A DNA stretch of 64,000 nucleotides, from assembly GCA_963786955.1 (NCBI GenBank), contig CAWBAT010000005.1:1152001-1216000 (forward strand). Reading direction: 5' to 3'. Source of the DNA: an uncultured Acidimicrobiia bacterium (GTDB lineage Bacteria; Acidobacteriota; Terriglobia; Versatilivoradales; Versatilivoraceae). Made by a program: the position numbers and the translations under genes. Shown here piece after piece: positions 10,266 through 19,485 of the stretch (position 1 is the first letter of the stretch; each line of letters starts with the position of its first letter). The notes under the pieces are model-generated. The model had not been told where the DNA came from. It did no database searches and saw only the letters and a list, made by a program, of their open reading frames with translations.

Positions 10266-11453
10266 TTATTTGGGCTTCGAAGTCCTGAGCTGCTGGATCG
10301 TGCGACGCAGAAGCTGGGCAGGAGAGTTCAAGGTCTTGCTAATCAGCACGGCCTGAAATTGCTGATTGGCCCTAGTATAATCCTGGATGAAAAAATAGTT
10401 ATACCCTAGGAGAAATCGAGCGTCCAGGTTTGATGGATGGCGTCGCACAAAGCCTTCCAGGGACTGAAGCTGCAGGTCGAACTCCACAGGATTTCGATAG
10501 AAGTCCCGACGATTGACGGGTTTCTCTGCATAGTCGGGATTGATCTGTAAACCCTTCACAATTGCCTGAGTAGCCTCCTCAAATTTTCCTAAGGCAAACA
10601 GAGAATCTCCGTAGGCGATGTGCGCTTCGGATACTTCCTGGCCCTGCTCGATCGCTTTCTTATAGAAGCTAGCGGCCTTCGCAAACTCTGAATTTCGAAA
10701 GAAGGAATTTCCATATGAAATCAGCTCTTCCAAGGGAATCTCATCGCTCTTTTCCGGGGAGGATGGGGGACGCGAGAATTTGGCCTCCTGCCCGGAAGCC
10801 AGTGAAATATTTTCAAGGAATAACCTGGCGATTGTCGATGTCGGATCTTTCTTTAAAGCTTTTGAAAATGACTCATGGGCCTGAGAATAGTCTTCGCTGA
10901 AGAACTGAATGTATCCGAGTAAAAGGTATGCTACCGAATCCCCCGAAATACTGATCTTATCCAGGAGATCGTTGACCACGGGTGCTGTAAAACTGGGATC
11001 TTTAAAGAAGGGCATTTCGATGTGATTGATCGCCCAATCTGGATAGAGTTTCAGTCCTTTCTCCAAGGGTTCCACAGCCTCATTGTATTTGTGCAAAAAG
11101 ATCAACGTATGCCCCAAGCCAAAAGGGGCCAGAATGAGTTCTTCATCAATTTCAATCTGCTTGAGAGATTCTTGAGGTTCCCGCTCTGAAACTTGCTGCG
11201 AGAGAAAATGAGTCAGGCGGCGGTCAAGTTCGCGAAAGTACCTTTCCGAAGCCAGGAAATTTCGCATGGAGAAAGAGCGGTTTGCGCGACCTAAAATTTC
11301 CACACTGCTGTAACTCGAGAGATCCGGCCGCTCTTCTCCCCACAAGAGGGTAAAAGGTGAAATCAGAAGCATGAAAACCAGAGTCCATCCGCTTGACTTG
11401 GCGAACCGCAAAACAAAGGGATTCCAAAAGTGATTGGTCATGCTCCAGCCCAA
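10266..11453 (-). CDS. Exported tetratricopeptide repeat protein
   Basis: Hydrophobic N-terminus; internally duplicated TPR blocks (AYLLLGYIQF / ARFLLGYNYF). Confidence 0.8.
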   Translation of the reverse strand: MGWSMTNHFWNPFVLRFAKSSGWTLVFMLLISPFTLLWGEERPDLSSYSSVEILGRANRSFSMRNFLASERYFRELDRRLTHFLSQQVSEREPQESLKQIEIDEELILAPFGLGHTLIFLHKYNEAVEPLEKGLKLYPDWAINHIEMPFFKDPSFTAPVVNDLLDKISISGDSVAYLLLGYIQFFSEDYSQAHESFSKALKKDPTSTIARLFLENISLASGQEAKFSRPPSSPEKSDEIPLEELISYGNSFFRNSEFAKAASFYKKAIEQGQEVSEAHIAYGDSLFALGKFEEATQAIVKGLQINPDYAEKPVNRRDFYRNPVEFDLQLQSLEGFVRRHPSNLDARFLLGYNYFFIQDYTRANQQFQAVLISKTLNSPAQLLRRTIQQLRTSKPK

Positions 11454-11454
11454 A

Positions 11455-11907
11455 CTATTTCTTCACAACAACGACGGGGATCTTAATATTTGTGGCAGAC
11501 CGGCCACAGTATTTATCTTTTTCAGAACAATAAATGTAGGTCAATCTACCATCCAGTTCATATTGTTTCGGGGGGATCTCCAATCGGGTCAGAACTGAGA
11601 TTTCGAGAGGCTTGAGTTCTCCGTAGTACTCCGGGTCTTTTCCAGCTCGAGCCTCTTGAAAAAGGACCGGACTCTTCACTTCGAAATTCGGATTAGACGC
11701 CAGTTGCAGCATTGGAGGAGGTTTCTTGGCAATCTTAAAACCCTCCTTGACCCCTAACTCCAGAGTGACAATTCCCGGTTCGCCGGATGTCAACTGGTTG
11801 GCCGTCACCCGATGCTGCAGCACCGTGCCTGGGTCGGACTGCCCCATTAGGAATAGGACGACCGAGAAGATTTGAAGAGGTGCCAGAATCAAGGATGTGA
11901 ATCTCAT
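11455..11907 (-). CDS. Exported protein resembling the DsbD N-terminal Ig-like domain
   Basis: Signal peptide, beta-rich sequence, C-terminal LTYIYCSEKDKYC cysteine pair. Confidence 0.55.
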   Translation of the reverse strand: MRFTSLILAPLQIFSVVLFLMGQSDPGTVLQHRVTANQLTSGEPGIVTLELGVKEGFKIAKKPPPMLQLASNPNFEVKSPVLFQEARAGKDPEYYGELKPLEISVLTRLEIPPKQYELDGRLTYIYCSEKDKYCGRSATNIKIPVVVVKK

Positions 11908-12031
11908 GCCCCAGGGTGAATAGGCTAAAAACTCCAGGTAATCCTATCGTATCCAGTTGGATCAAAACATAATCCAGCTTCCCAGAATTTGAAAATAAAG
12001 TCAAACTCGCCTGCGGCGAGGGCGAAAAGGT

Positions 12032-12061
12032 TTGACAATGTTTTTCCCCCTTCGATACCAT
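12032..12061 (+). promoter_or_regulatory. Putative sigma70 promoter for the pgsA-like/DUF512 pair
   Basis: TTGACA (12032-12037), 18 nt, TACCAT (12056-12061). Confidence 0.45.
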
Positions 12062-12096
12062 TTACTGTTTTTGTGTCTTCATGAGGTTGCATTCCA

Positions 12097-12675
12097 ATGT
12101 CCTTCCAAGTATTAACTCCCGCCAACCAGTTGACCATCTTACGAATGGTTTTCATTCCAATCTTCGTTATTTTGCTGGTTTATGACTATTACGGATGGGC
12201 ATTTGCAATTTACATTCTTGCAGGGGTGACTGATGGCTTAGACGGTTTAATGGCGCGCTGGCTCAAACAGAAAACATCTTTGGGGGCCTACCTGGATCCG
12301 ATTGCCGACAAGCTTCTCCTCACGACCTCGTTTGTAGTCCTTTCAATTAAAGGGATGGGCTTACCCAACTTGATCCCTCTCTGGCTTACTATCATTGTCA
12401 TCAGTCGTGACGTGATCCTTGTGGCCAGTGTCCTGATCATTGTCATTAGTACGGGTCACCGATCATTTCCCCCGTCAATTTATGGGAAGGCGACCACGTG
12501 CTTGCAAATTCTGACAATCTTGGGAGTGCTTTATTTCAATTATCAAAGAACCATCTGGATTGGTATGAATGGGCTGTATCTGGCGACCGCGGCCATCACT
12601 GTTTTCTCGGGATTGGATTATGTCTACCGTGGTAAGAAGAAATTGGTGTCTGAAAGTTTTCAAGTGCACCATTGA
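12097..12675 (+). CDS. CDP-alcohol phosphatidyltransferase (PgsA-like)
   Basis: ANQLTILR and TDGLDGLMAR...TSLGAYLDPIADK signature. Confidence 0.92.
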   Translation: MSFQVLTPANQLTILRMVFIPIFVILLVYDYYGWAFAIYILAGVTDGLDGLMARWLKQKTSLGAYLDPIADKLLLTTSFVVLSIKGMGLPNLIPLWLTIIVISRDVILVASVLIIVISTGHRSFPPSIYGKATTCLQILTILGVLYFNYQRTIWIGMNGLYLATAAITVFSGLDYVYRGKKKLVSESFQVHH

Positions 12676-12684
12676 GAAAGCCCG

Positions 12685-14046
12685 ATGAATCCTGAATCCC
12701 CCAACAAATTGGACCCACAGACAGCCGGAGTTTTGATCCATGGAGTCGATGCGGACTCGATCGCAGAGGAAGTCGGGTTGGCTGCTGGAGATCGGCTTCT
12801 GGCCATCAATGACCGCTTGATCGAGGACGTTTTGGATTATCGCTACATTGCCTCGACGGTCGAATCTGAGCTGACCTTGAGAATCATGAAGGCCTTTGGA
12901 GAAGTTTGGGAAATCGAAATCGAGAAGGATGAAGATGAAGACCTGGGCCTCGAACTCGAGGGAATACAGACCAGGATTTGCAAGAACAATTGCATTTTCT
13001 GTTTTGTTCACCAGCTCCCCCGAGGAAAGCACATTCGCCGGACTCTTCGGGTGAAAGATGAGGACTTTCGACTCTCCTTTCTGTTTGGACATTATCTGAC
13101 CCTGACCAATCTTTCGGAGGAGGACTTTCAGAGAATTTTCGAACAACGGCTTTCGCCTTTGTATGTCTCTGTGCATGCCACGGATCCCGCGCTGCGAAAA
13201 TACCTATTGCAGTCCCAAATACCCGACGACCTGCTGGGGAATATGCGTCGCTTAGTGGATGGCGGAATCCAGCTTCACACCCAGGTCGTCCTCATTCCGG
13301 GAATTAATGATGGGATGAATTTGGAGCGTTCACTTCATGATCTACGCCAATTTTACCCGTCCGTCATGAGTGTCTCGATTGTCCCTGTCGGATTGACCGA
13401 CCATCGAAAGGGGCTCCCTCAGCTAAGGTCTGTCGATGGGGCCTACGCGACCGAAGCCATTGCCCATGTCGAGCAGATTCAGCAGAAGAATAGAAGCGAA
13501 ATGGGAGTCCCCTTTTGTTTCCTGGGGGATGAGTTTTACATCAAGGCGGGACATCCGATCCCCCCCCGCTCCCATTATGGGGATTTTCCACTCGTCGAAA
13601 ATGGTGTCGGGATGATTCGAAACTTCCTCGACGAATTTGCGGAAACGATGTCTCTCGATTGGACCCGACCTCGGGGTTTGCCAGTCCGCGCAACGGTCGT
13701 CACAGGAGTCCTCTTCTACCCGACTCTCAAGGAATGCGTCGATCGGATGAACACCAAATTCCAAATCGACCTGCGCTGCCTGCCGGTGGAGAATCGTTTC
13801 CTCGGCAAAGGGATCACAGTTGCCGGGCTGCTTAGCGGGAGTGATATCTATGCTTCAGTTCAGAATCAAATGTATGGAGACTTCCTGATTCTCCCGTCCG
13901 AATGTATGACTGGGGATAAAGGGCTATTCCTGGATGACTGGGTTCAAACTGACCTGGAAACTCGCCTCCAGAAACCGGCCCTAGGGGGGGGTGATCACGT
14001 GGCTGATTTTTTCAAATTGATCTTCTCCGACAGGCAGACCCACTAA
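12685..14046 (+). CDS. PDZ + radical SAM DUF512 family Fe-S protein
   Basis: N-terminal PDZ-like SIAEEVGLAAGDRLLAIND, CKNNCIFCFVHQLP, KDEDFRLSFL, ENGVGM, ITVAGLL. Confidence 0.9.
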   Translation: MNPESPNKLDPQTAGVLIHGVDADSIAEEVGLAAGDRLLAINDRLIEDVLDYRYIASTVESELTLRIMKAFGEVWEIEIEKDEDEDLGLELEGIQTRICKNNCIFCFVHQLPRGKHIRRTLRVKDEDFRLSFLFGHYLTLTNLSEEDFQRIFEQRLSPLYVSVHATDPALRKYLLQSQIPDDLLGNMRRLVDGGIQLHTQVVLIPGINDGMNLERSLHDLRQFYPSVMSVSIVPVGLTDHRKGLPQLRSVDGAYATEAIAHVEQIQQKNRSEMGVPFCFLGDEFYIKAGHPIPPRSHYGDFPLVENGVGMIRNFLDEFAETMSLDWTRPRGLPVRATVVTGVLFYPTLKECVDRMNTKFQIDLRCLPVENRFLGKGITVAGLLSGSDIYASVQNQMYGDFLILPSECMTGDKGLFLDDWVQTDLETRLQKPALGGGDHVADFFKLIFSDRQTH

Positions 14047-14063
14047 CGTCGCTTCCTTACCAA

Positions 14064-14861
14064 TTACTCAATCCTCTCTAATTCAAACTCCTCCCGGCCA
14101 CTGACTTTCAAAACGATGGCTGCTGATCCGCAATGGACAGAGATTTCCAAATAACCCGAGCTCCCGAAGATCGTGAAGGGCGTTCTTGTTTCGGCTTCCG
14201 CATAGGAACTCAAATGCTGTCGAATCTCGTGCCCGGCAATGCGAAGCACAAACCTGCCCACCGGTTCCGGGAAGTCTTTTGTCGTTAGGTTCGTGATGAG
14301 GTTGCCGAACTTGTCTATCCGCAGAATCGTACCCAGGACATGCTGGCCCATTCGTTTCGGCAGGGGTAATTTCAGGGTCAATAAATCTTGGATTCGGGGC
14401 CCGAATTCGGAGGGAGGTGTTCCTTGGGAGAGCCATCCAGCAACGGGCGCGAAGATGTCCCTTCCGTGAAAAGTGCGACTCAGTTGCTTCAGAAAGAAAC
14501 GGTCTTGAATCAAATGATAGATCCGCACGTCTTTTTCCTGTTCCAAAGCCGGAGAGAGGAGGCCATTATCGGGTCCGACGAAAAAATAATCCTCTGTCTG
14601 AACTAGTAAAGGTCGACGTGAACTTCCTACCCCGGGATCGACCACCCCAACATGGATGGTGCCTTTGGGAAAAAAGCGAAAACTGGAACTGAGAGCGAGA
14701 GCACCGGCGAGAATATCTTGTGAAGCGATTCCGTGAGTGATGTCAACAATTTGGCAATCCCGGTGAATGTTGAGAATAACCCCCTTCATAATGCCGACGT
14801 AGGGATCCTCTAGGCCATAGTCCGTGGTCAATGTAATCAATGGAATCCCAACGTTCTGCAC
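14064..14861 (-). CDS. SAM hydroxide adenosyltransferase / chlorinase-fluorinase family (DUF62)
   Basis: ITLTTDYG, VVDPGVG, GPDNG, SRTFHGRDIFAP, DKFGNL. Confidence 0.93.
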   Translation of the reverse strand: MQNVGIPLITLTTDYGLEDPYVGIMKGVILNIHRDCQIVDITHGIASQDILAGALALSSSFRFFPKGTIHVGVVDPGVGSSRRPLLVQTEDYFFVGPDNGLLSPALEQEKDVRIYHLIQDRFFLKQLSRTFHGRDIFAPVAGWLSQGTPPSEFGPRIQDLLTLKLPLPKRMGQHVLGTILRIDKFGNLITNLTTKDFPEPVGRFVLRIAGHEIRQHLSSYAEAETRTPFTIFGSSGYLEISVHCGSAAIVLKVSGREEFELERIE

Positions 14862-14931
14862 GAACCCACTCCCCGCACAACCGCCAGCATGAAGTTACTT
14901 CATGAGCCGGCATCAATCTATAGGACTTCTG

Positions 14932-15918
14932 CTATCTTGTATCATTTGCCAACGAAAGGATTTTTTTTAGTTCCCCCTCATTGACTTTCAAAAGATCAAT
15001 CCTGGTCAGCCGAGTTGTCAGCTCCACCCAATTTCGGTCCGCCTCAAAAACTGTTCTGAAGATAGGGAGCGATTCAGCAAGATGTCCTGAATTCGCTAAG
15101 CCGATTGCGTGCCAGTATTTCATCTCGATATTTTCAGGATTCAGGGCCTCAGCCGCGCTGTATTCGCGGAGTGCTCCCGCAAGATCACTTTTTTCTACAG
15201 CCAGGTCACCGGAGTTCATGTGCTCATAAGCCTGATGAATTCTCACCAGGCGCCGCAGTTCCTTAAGGGGTTCGGGGTGATCTTCGACCCGTAAATCTAT
15301 TTTTCTGTCAAGCCACGGCTTGCCACTCGATTTGCCGCTGACAACCAGGATTGCTGCGGACTGTTTTCCTCGAATATCCCCTCCAACTGCTTGTGCAGCT
15401 TCTAGCGCAGCTAGCATTCGATCTGACAATTCACCTTGTGCCTGGCGATAGGCAGATGCCATGGCGGGCCAGATCTTGTCGTTTAACATAAGGTTTGCTT
15501 GCACGGAAAATTGCACTCCGCTTTCATGGCCGGCTGCGGGGATACATCGGGATCCAGTGTGGACAGCGACAGTACCCAGGGCGTCGATCATTGCGACTTG
15601 GCGAACAGCACGACCGGAATCTACGGCCAGTAATGCTTCCAGCGCTTGCCTGGCTGTCTTGCCTCCACGCATCAGTTCCAAGCCCAGAAGGCCATAGGAT
15701 TGATCGACAAAGGACTGTGTGGCAACGGCTCCTACTCCGGCTTCTGCCCAGGGCACAAGGGATCCGACGGAAAACCAATGGGATTGGACGGCAACGCCAA
15801 GATCACCATTTATCGGGTTTCTGGCAACAATGGAATAGGTATGTATGGGCCGGGTCTCGGCAAAGGCGCTAACGAAAGCCAGCAGCCAGCCGACCGTGAA
15901 CAATGATTTGCGAAGCAT
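14932..15918 (-). CDS. DUF1028 (Ntn-hydrolase-like) protein with C-terminal TPR
   Basis: Signal peptide, HTYSIVA, GAVATQS, GGDIRGKQSAA, DLRVEDHPEP. Confidence 0.88.
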   Translation of the reverse strand: MLRKSLFTVGWLLAFVSAFAETRPIHTYSIVARNPINGDLGVAVQSHWFSVGSLVPWAEAGVGAVATQSFVDQSYGLLGLELMRGGKTARQALEALLAVDSGRAVRQVAMIDALGTVAVHTGSRCIPAAGHESGVQFSVQANLMLNDKIWPAMASAYRQAQGELSDRMLAALEAAQAVGGDIRGKQSAAILVVSGKSSGKPWLDRKIDLRVEDHPEPLKELRRLVRIHQAYEHMNSGDLAVEKSDLAGALREYSAAEALNPENIEMKYWHAIGLANSGHLAESLPIFRTVFEADRNWVELTTRLTRIDLLKVNEGELKKILSLANDTR

Positions 15919-16016
15919 AGAGACTCCTCTTGCGGCGGCTCTGGTAATTCTAGTCTTCTTCAAGGGCGGATAATATTTGTGATCAAACTGATGAATTCAA
16001 GAACTATGCAGAAACC

Positions 16017-17669
16017 TTACCCCAAGTTCCCTTTTTTTAACTCTTCGGCCAAATAATCGGTGGCTCGCCAGGCCAAAGCCAAAATCGTCAGTGTGGGATT
16101 TTTTTCGGTAGCTGCGGGAAAGGCACTTCCATCGACAACGAATAAGTTCTTCACATCGTGCATCTGGCAGAATCCATTGAGTGCCGATTGCTTGGGATCA
16201 CTTCCCATGCGGCAAGTACCATGCTCGTGAATAGCCTTCCCTGGCTGATCCACAGTTCCTCGCTTGTAACCGATTAATTCTGCTTTGGCTGAATGCATCA
16301 CCTGTTCGGCCGTGTCGTACATTTCTTCCAACATCTTTCGCTCATTGTCGCCAATCGAAAACACGATCTTGGGGAGCGGAACTCCATATGCATCGACGGG
16401 CGTCCCTTCCACGGTGATGTGGTTATCGGCGCGGGGCAAGACTTCTCCGTAGGGGTGCATTGCGATCCAGGCCGGATAGCGCCGCTTGATCTCTTTCTTG
16501 AAGTCTGAACCAAAGCCCGGCAGCTCCGTTGCATAATGGCTGGCCCCAGGCTGACAACCAATCCCCCAGAATTGGGCGCCAAAACCGCGCAGATAGTCTC
16601 TGGGTTTGCCGCGATGGTTGAACCGCGGCATATAGAGATGCTCTCCTCCGATCCCGTCATCGTTGCTCGACGGAAAACCATAGAGGTCAGGAAGGAAACC
16701 GTGAACATGAAACCGTACCTGCTCGCAAAGGTATTTCCCGATAACTTCTGAGCTGTTTCCGATTCCGTTCGGATATTGACGGGATTTGGAATTTAAGAGG
16801 ATTCGCGTGGAGTCGATGCACGACGCCCCCAGTACGACAACTTTGCCTTGTGCCCGGAATTCCTCTTTGGTATGGCGGTCAAAATACTGTACAGAACCGG
16901 CCCGGCCCCTTTCATTGGGAAGGATTCTTGCAACGACAGCGTTGGTTTGCAGGGTGAGATTTCCAGTCTCGAGGGCGTAGGGGATCAAATGATCAGCAGA
17001 ACAAAAGAAGGAGGCTGTATCACAACCCTTCCCACAGGCCCCACAATAGTGGCATGGTGGAAACCCACGATGGGGCTGGGTCAGCACTGCCCGTCGACCC
17101 GAAACCATCGGGATTCCGAGTTGATGAGCCGATCGCTTCAGGAGGAATTCTCCACAACGCATTCGCGGAGGAGGCATGTGGTAGCGGCTCCCAGGGAGGA
17201 CATCGGAATCATCATTACCACCGCACACTCCGATGAGCTGATCAACCTTGTCATAGTAAGGTGCAATATCTTTATAGGAAATGGGCCAGGGAATTTCCCA
17301 GCCGTCGCGTTCGGCAGCCTGAAAGTCCAGGTCCCCATATCGGAGAGACACTCTCCCCCAGATGTTTGTTTTCCCTCCGAGTCCCCAGACTCGAGTTAAG
17401 TCAAACGGCTTACCCGGAGGCGTAAAATAAGGTTGCTCTTGACGGCTCAAGAGGAAGTCGGGAGGATGCAGGCCGCGCTTCTCACGTTCACGGGCCTCAT
17501 CCGGCCAAACATGCGTCCAGTATCCCTCACGCTTGAAACGCTCACCCGCGTCCAGCATCAGGACTTTGGCACCTTGGCGCGTCAAATTCCAGGCGGCTAT
17601 CCCGCCAGAGGCGCCGGAACCGATGACTACAACGTCATACATGACCTGGTTGGGAACTAAATCTTGCAT
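16017..17669 (-). CDS. GMC family FAD oxidoreductase (glycoside 3-dehydrogenase-like large subunit)
   Basis: [11 protein letters not shown] motif, [11 protein letters not shown] Fe-S motif, [19 protein letters not shown]. Confidence 0.92.
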   Translation of the reverse strand: MQDLVPNQVMYDVVVIGSGASGGIAAWNLTRQGAKVLMLDAGERFKREGYWTHVWPDEAREREKRGLHPPDFLLSRQEQPYFTPPGKPFDLTRVWGLGGKTNIWGRVSLRYGDLDFQAAERDGWEIPWPISYKDIAPYYDKVDQLIGVCGGNDDSDVLPGSRYHMPPPRMRCGEFLLKRSAHQLGIPMVSGRRAVLTQPHRGFPPCHYCGACGKGCDTASFFCSADHLIPYALETGNLTLQTNAVVARILPNERGRAGSVQYFDRHTKEEFRAQGKVVVLGASCIDSTRILLNSKSRQYPNGIGNSSEVIGKYLCEQVRFHVHGFLPDLYGFPSSNDDGIGGEHLYMPRFNHRGKPRDYLRGFGAQFWGIGCQPGASHYATELPGFGSDFKKEIKRRYPAWIAMHPYGEVLPRADNHITVEGTPVDAYGVPLPKIVFSIGDNERKMLEEMYDTAEQVMHSAKAELIGYKRGTVDQPGKAIHEHGTCRMGSDPKQSALNGFCQMHDVKNLFVVDGSAFPAATEKNPTLTILALAWRATDYLAEELKKGNLG

Positions 17670-17804
17670 GGGGATCTAAGTTAATATATAGAGACTGACA
17701 CAATCTACAATCAGAAAAGAAACCTACAAAGTGCGAACAATTCTAAGCTGTTGGAAAGGGAAGAACAAGCGGAAGTGAATGTGGTTTGAAAGATCGTGGC
17801 TGGC

Positions 17805-17976
17805 GCACTCGTGTGTTTTTTGCATGACTGCGAAGAGTACACTGGTTGAAATTTTAAAGGCTTAAAGTTGATCCAGCTGGAAATTCTATCTTCTAAAAGT
17901 TAGGTGGTAATTTTGCTATGGACCCTCTGCCCTCCTATTGCGCCTTCCCGCAGACATGCACAAAACACATGGGTGC
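17805..17976. repeat. Pair of inverted 28-bp REP-like imperfect palindromes
   Basis: GCACTCGTGTGTTTTTTGCATGACTGCG (17805-17832) matches the reverse complement of 17949-17976 (GCACCCATGTGTTTTGTGCATGTCTGCG) at 24 of 28 positions. Confidence 0.55.
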
Positions 17977-18175
17977 AACACTGGCCGTTTTCCATATTAT
18001 GTTAAGGTATAATGTTTGATATTGGCATCGGGCAAAACTGCCCGAAAACTCATGTTATCAGGGGAATCCTTCCTGTTAATCAATGGTTGGGCCATCCGAG
18101 TACTCTCGGGCTGAAGCCGAGCATAGCCGTAGGTTTCAATTGCCGCTGGCTTGCTCCTCGGTTACCATCGAAGGC

Positions 18176-18487
18176 ATGACGTTGATCCAAGCAATTCGCG
18201 CAAAGGTTTTATCGGGTGCTTTTGAATTCTCGCAACACGCAGTTGACCAGACCATCCTACGACATATTAGCGTTCACGAGATCCGAGAAGCTATCAACGT
18301 GGGACAGGTGATCGAGGATTACCCGAACGACAAGTATGGTCCCAGTTGCCTGATCTTGGGATTCACCCAGGCAGGACGGCCGATTCATGTCCAGTGCAGT
18401 TATGCCTCTCGCCTGTTGGTGAAAGTCATCACGACCTACCAACCCGATCCGAATGAGTGGGTCGAATACAAACAACGGAGAAAATAA
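18176..18487 (+). CDS. DUF4258 domain protein, putative toxin
   Basis: FSQHAVDQ...EDYPNDKYGPSCLILG...RPIHVQC...ITTYQPDPNEW; paired with a YgiT-type gene. Confidence 0.85.
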   Translation: MTLIQAIRAKVLSGAFEFSQHAVDQTILRHISVHEIREAINVGQVIEDYPNDKYGPSCLILGFTQAGRPIHVQCSYASRLLVKVITTYQPDPNEWVEYKQRRK

Positions 18488-18488
18488 C

Positions 18489-18725
18489 ATGCCTGTTGAT
18501 ACGTCGGAAGAGACTTTTGTAGAACAGAAAGTAACCTACACCCTGGAAGTGCAAGGGCGTTTTATTATCATTGAGCATGTGCCCGCGCGCGTTTCGCTTC
18601 GCACAAGTGAACGATTCTTTTCTCCCGAGACGGTGGAGTGTCTCCAGAGGATTGTTTGGGAGCAAGGACCGCCCAGCCGTGTTATTGAAACCCCGGTGTT
18701 TGAGTATCCAGGCGTCATGGCCTAA
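18489..18725 (+). CDS. YgiT-type zinc-finger family protein, putative antitoxin, lacking CxxC motifs
   Basis: VTYTLEVQGRFIIIEHVPARV...ERFFSPETVE pattern; starts 1 bp after the DUF4258 stop. Confidence 0.8.
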   Translation: MPVDTSEETFVEQKVTYTLEVQGRFIIIEHVPARVSLRTSERFFSPETVECLQRIVWEQGPPSRVIETPVFEYPGVMA

Positions 18726-18781
18726 CCACGGCATCACCCGACGCAAAACCGCGGCGGCGGGTGATGCCTCAGTCGTTCCGC
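18720..18781 (+). other. attC-like recombination site 1
   Basis: R'' GCCTAAC overlaps the stop codon; stem GGCATCACCCG...CGGGTGATGCC; R' GTTCCGC; 62 bp. Confidence 0.75.
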
Positions 18782-18800
18782 CACAGAGGAGAGGATACTT

Positions 18801-19367
18801 TTGTTGGCAATTGTGAGTGACAACCTTGTCGTTGCCCAGCCGATCTCCGGCGGTTTTAGCTGGACACTCGCCTCGCGCATTTGCCAGATGATCACCAAGG
18901 CTGAGGCCCAGTTTGGCGCTCGGGACCGGTCGTTCACCGTGTTGGGGGTTGAGTTCAGGAATGGAGTTCCGCAAGTTTGGTTCCCCGGTAACTGCGGACA
19001 TGTCGTAGTCCAACTCGGTCTATCTGCGATGCAAGACCCGAACCGAGCGTTGTTTCAACTCGCTCACGAGTGTGTGCATCTTCTGGATCCCGCACCAGGA
19101 GCGACCAATAATCTCGAAGAAGGCGTCGCCACCCATTTTTCACTTGAGTTTATGCAAGCCGAACTTGGGTTAACTTATTCGACAGGCGACGCGAAGTATG
19201 ACAGCGCGTGCAGTCTTGTGCGGTTGCTGATTTCGACGAAGAGTGATTCCGTCAGAGAACTTCGACGTTTACACGGCCCTCTACGTGGCATTACGACTCA
19301 ACAGATTTCAGGGATTTGCCCAAGTTTGAACGCAGGAACTGCCAGCCAGCTAGCGAACCCCTTTTAG
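18801..19367 (+). CDS. Putative zinc metallopeptidase (HExxH, IrrE/ImmA-like), cassette gene
   Basis: LFQLAHECVHLL...LEEGVA; GAGGAGAGG RBS just after attC1. Confidence 0.7.
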   Translation: MLAIVSDNLVVAQPISGGFSWTLASRICQMITKAEAQFGARDRSFTVLGVEFRNGVPQVWFPGNCGHVVVQLGLSAMQDPNRALFQLAHECVHLLDPAPGATNNLEEGVATHFSLEFMQAELGLTYSTGDAKYDSACSLVRLLISTKSDSVRELRRLHGPLRGITTQQISGICPSLNAGTASQLANPF

Positions 19368-19375
19368 CGATGCCG

Positions 19376-19468
19376 GCCGAGCGAGGCGCTGCACCTGAAC
19401 GGGGCCGCTATACTGGTTTCGCGCGACATCAAGTTCTTGCTGCGGCCCCGGGAGCTTGGTCGTTAGAA
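19376..19468 (+). other. attC-like recombination site 2 (degenerate)
   Basis: GCCGAGC (R'' variant), GCTGCACCTGA, stem CGGGGCCGC...GCGGCCCCG, GAGCTTGGTC, GTTAGAA; the L' box appears partly deleted. Confidence 0.7.
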
Positions 19469-19485
19469 AGATAAAAAAAGATCGT

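Noticed and set aside
12475-13176. Long antisense and alternate-frame ORFs (233 aa here; also 22145-22777, 31902-32513, 18429-19013 and others)
   Set aside because: Shadows of well-supported genes with no recognisable motifs.
14064-14861. Halogenase (fluorinase/chlorinase) implying a halometabolite cluster
   Set aside because: No biosynthetic cluster context; most family members are SAM hydrolases, and specificity cannot be judged by eye.
14883-14911. CATGAAGT-t-ACTTCATG palindrome resembling the hairpin at 4107
   Set aside because: Only the ATGAAG/CTTCAT ends are shared; most likely an ordinary intergenic hairpin.
17980-18007. Possible dif site (TTATGTTAAGG resembles the XerD arm)
   Set aside because: The XerC arm (ACTGGCCGTTT) lacks the conserved ATAA, and a similar TTATGTTAA occurs near 59616 in a promoter region, so a chance match is plausible.
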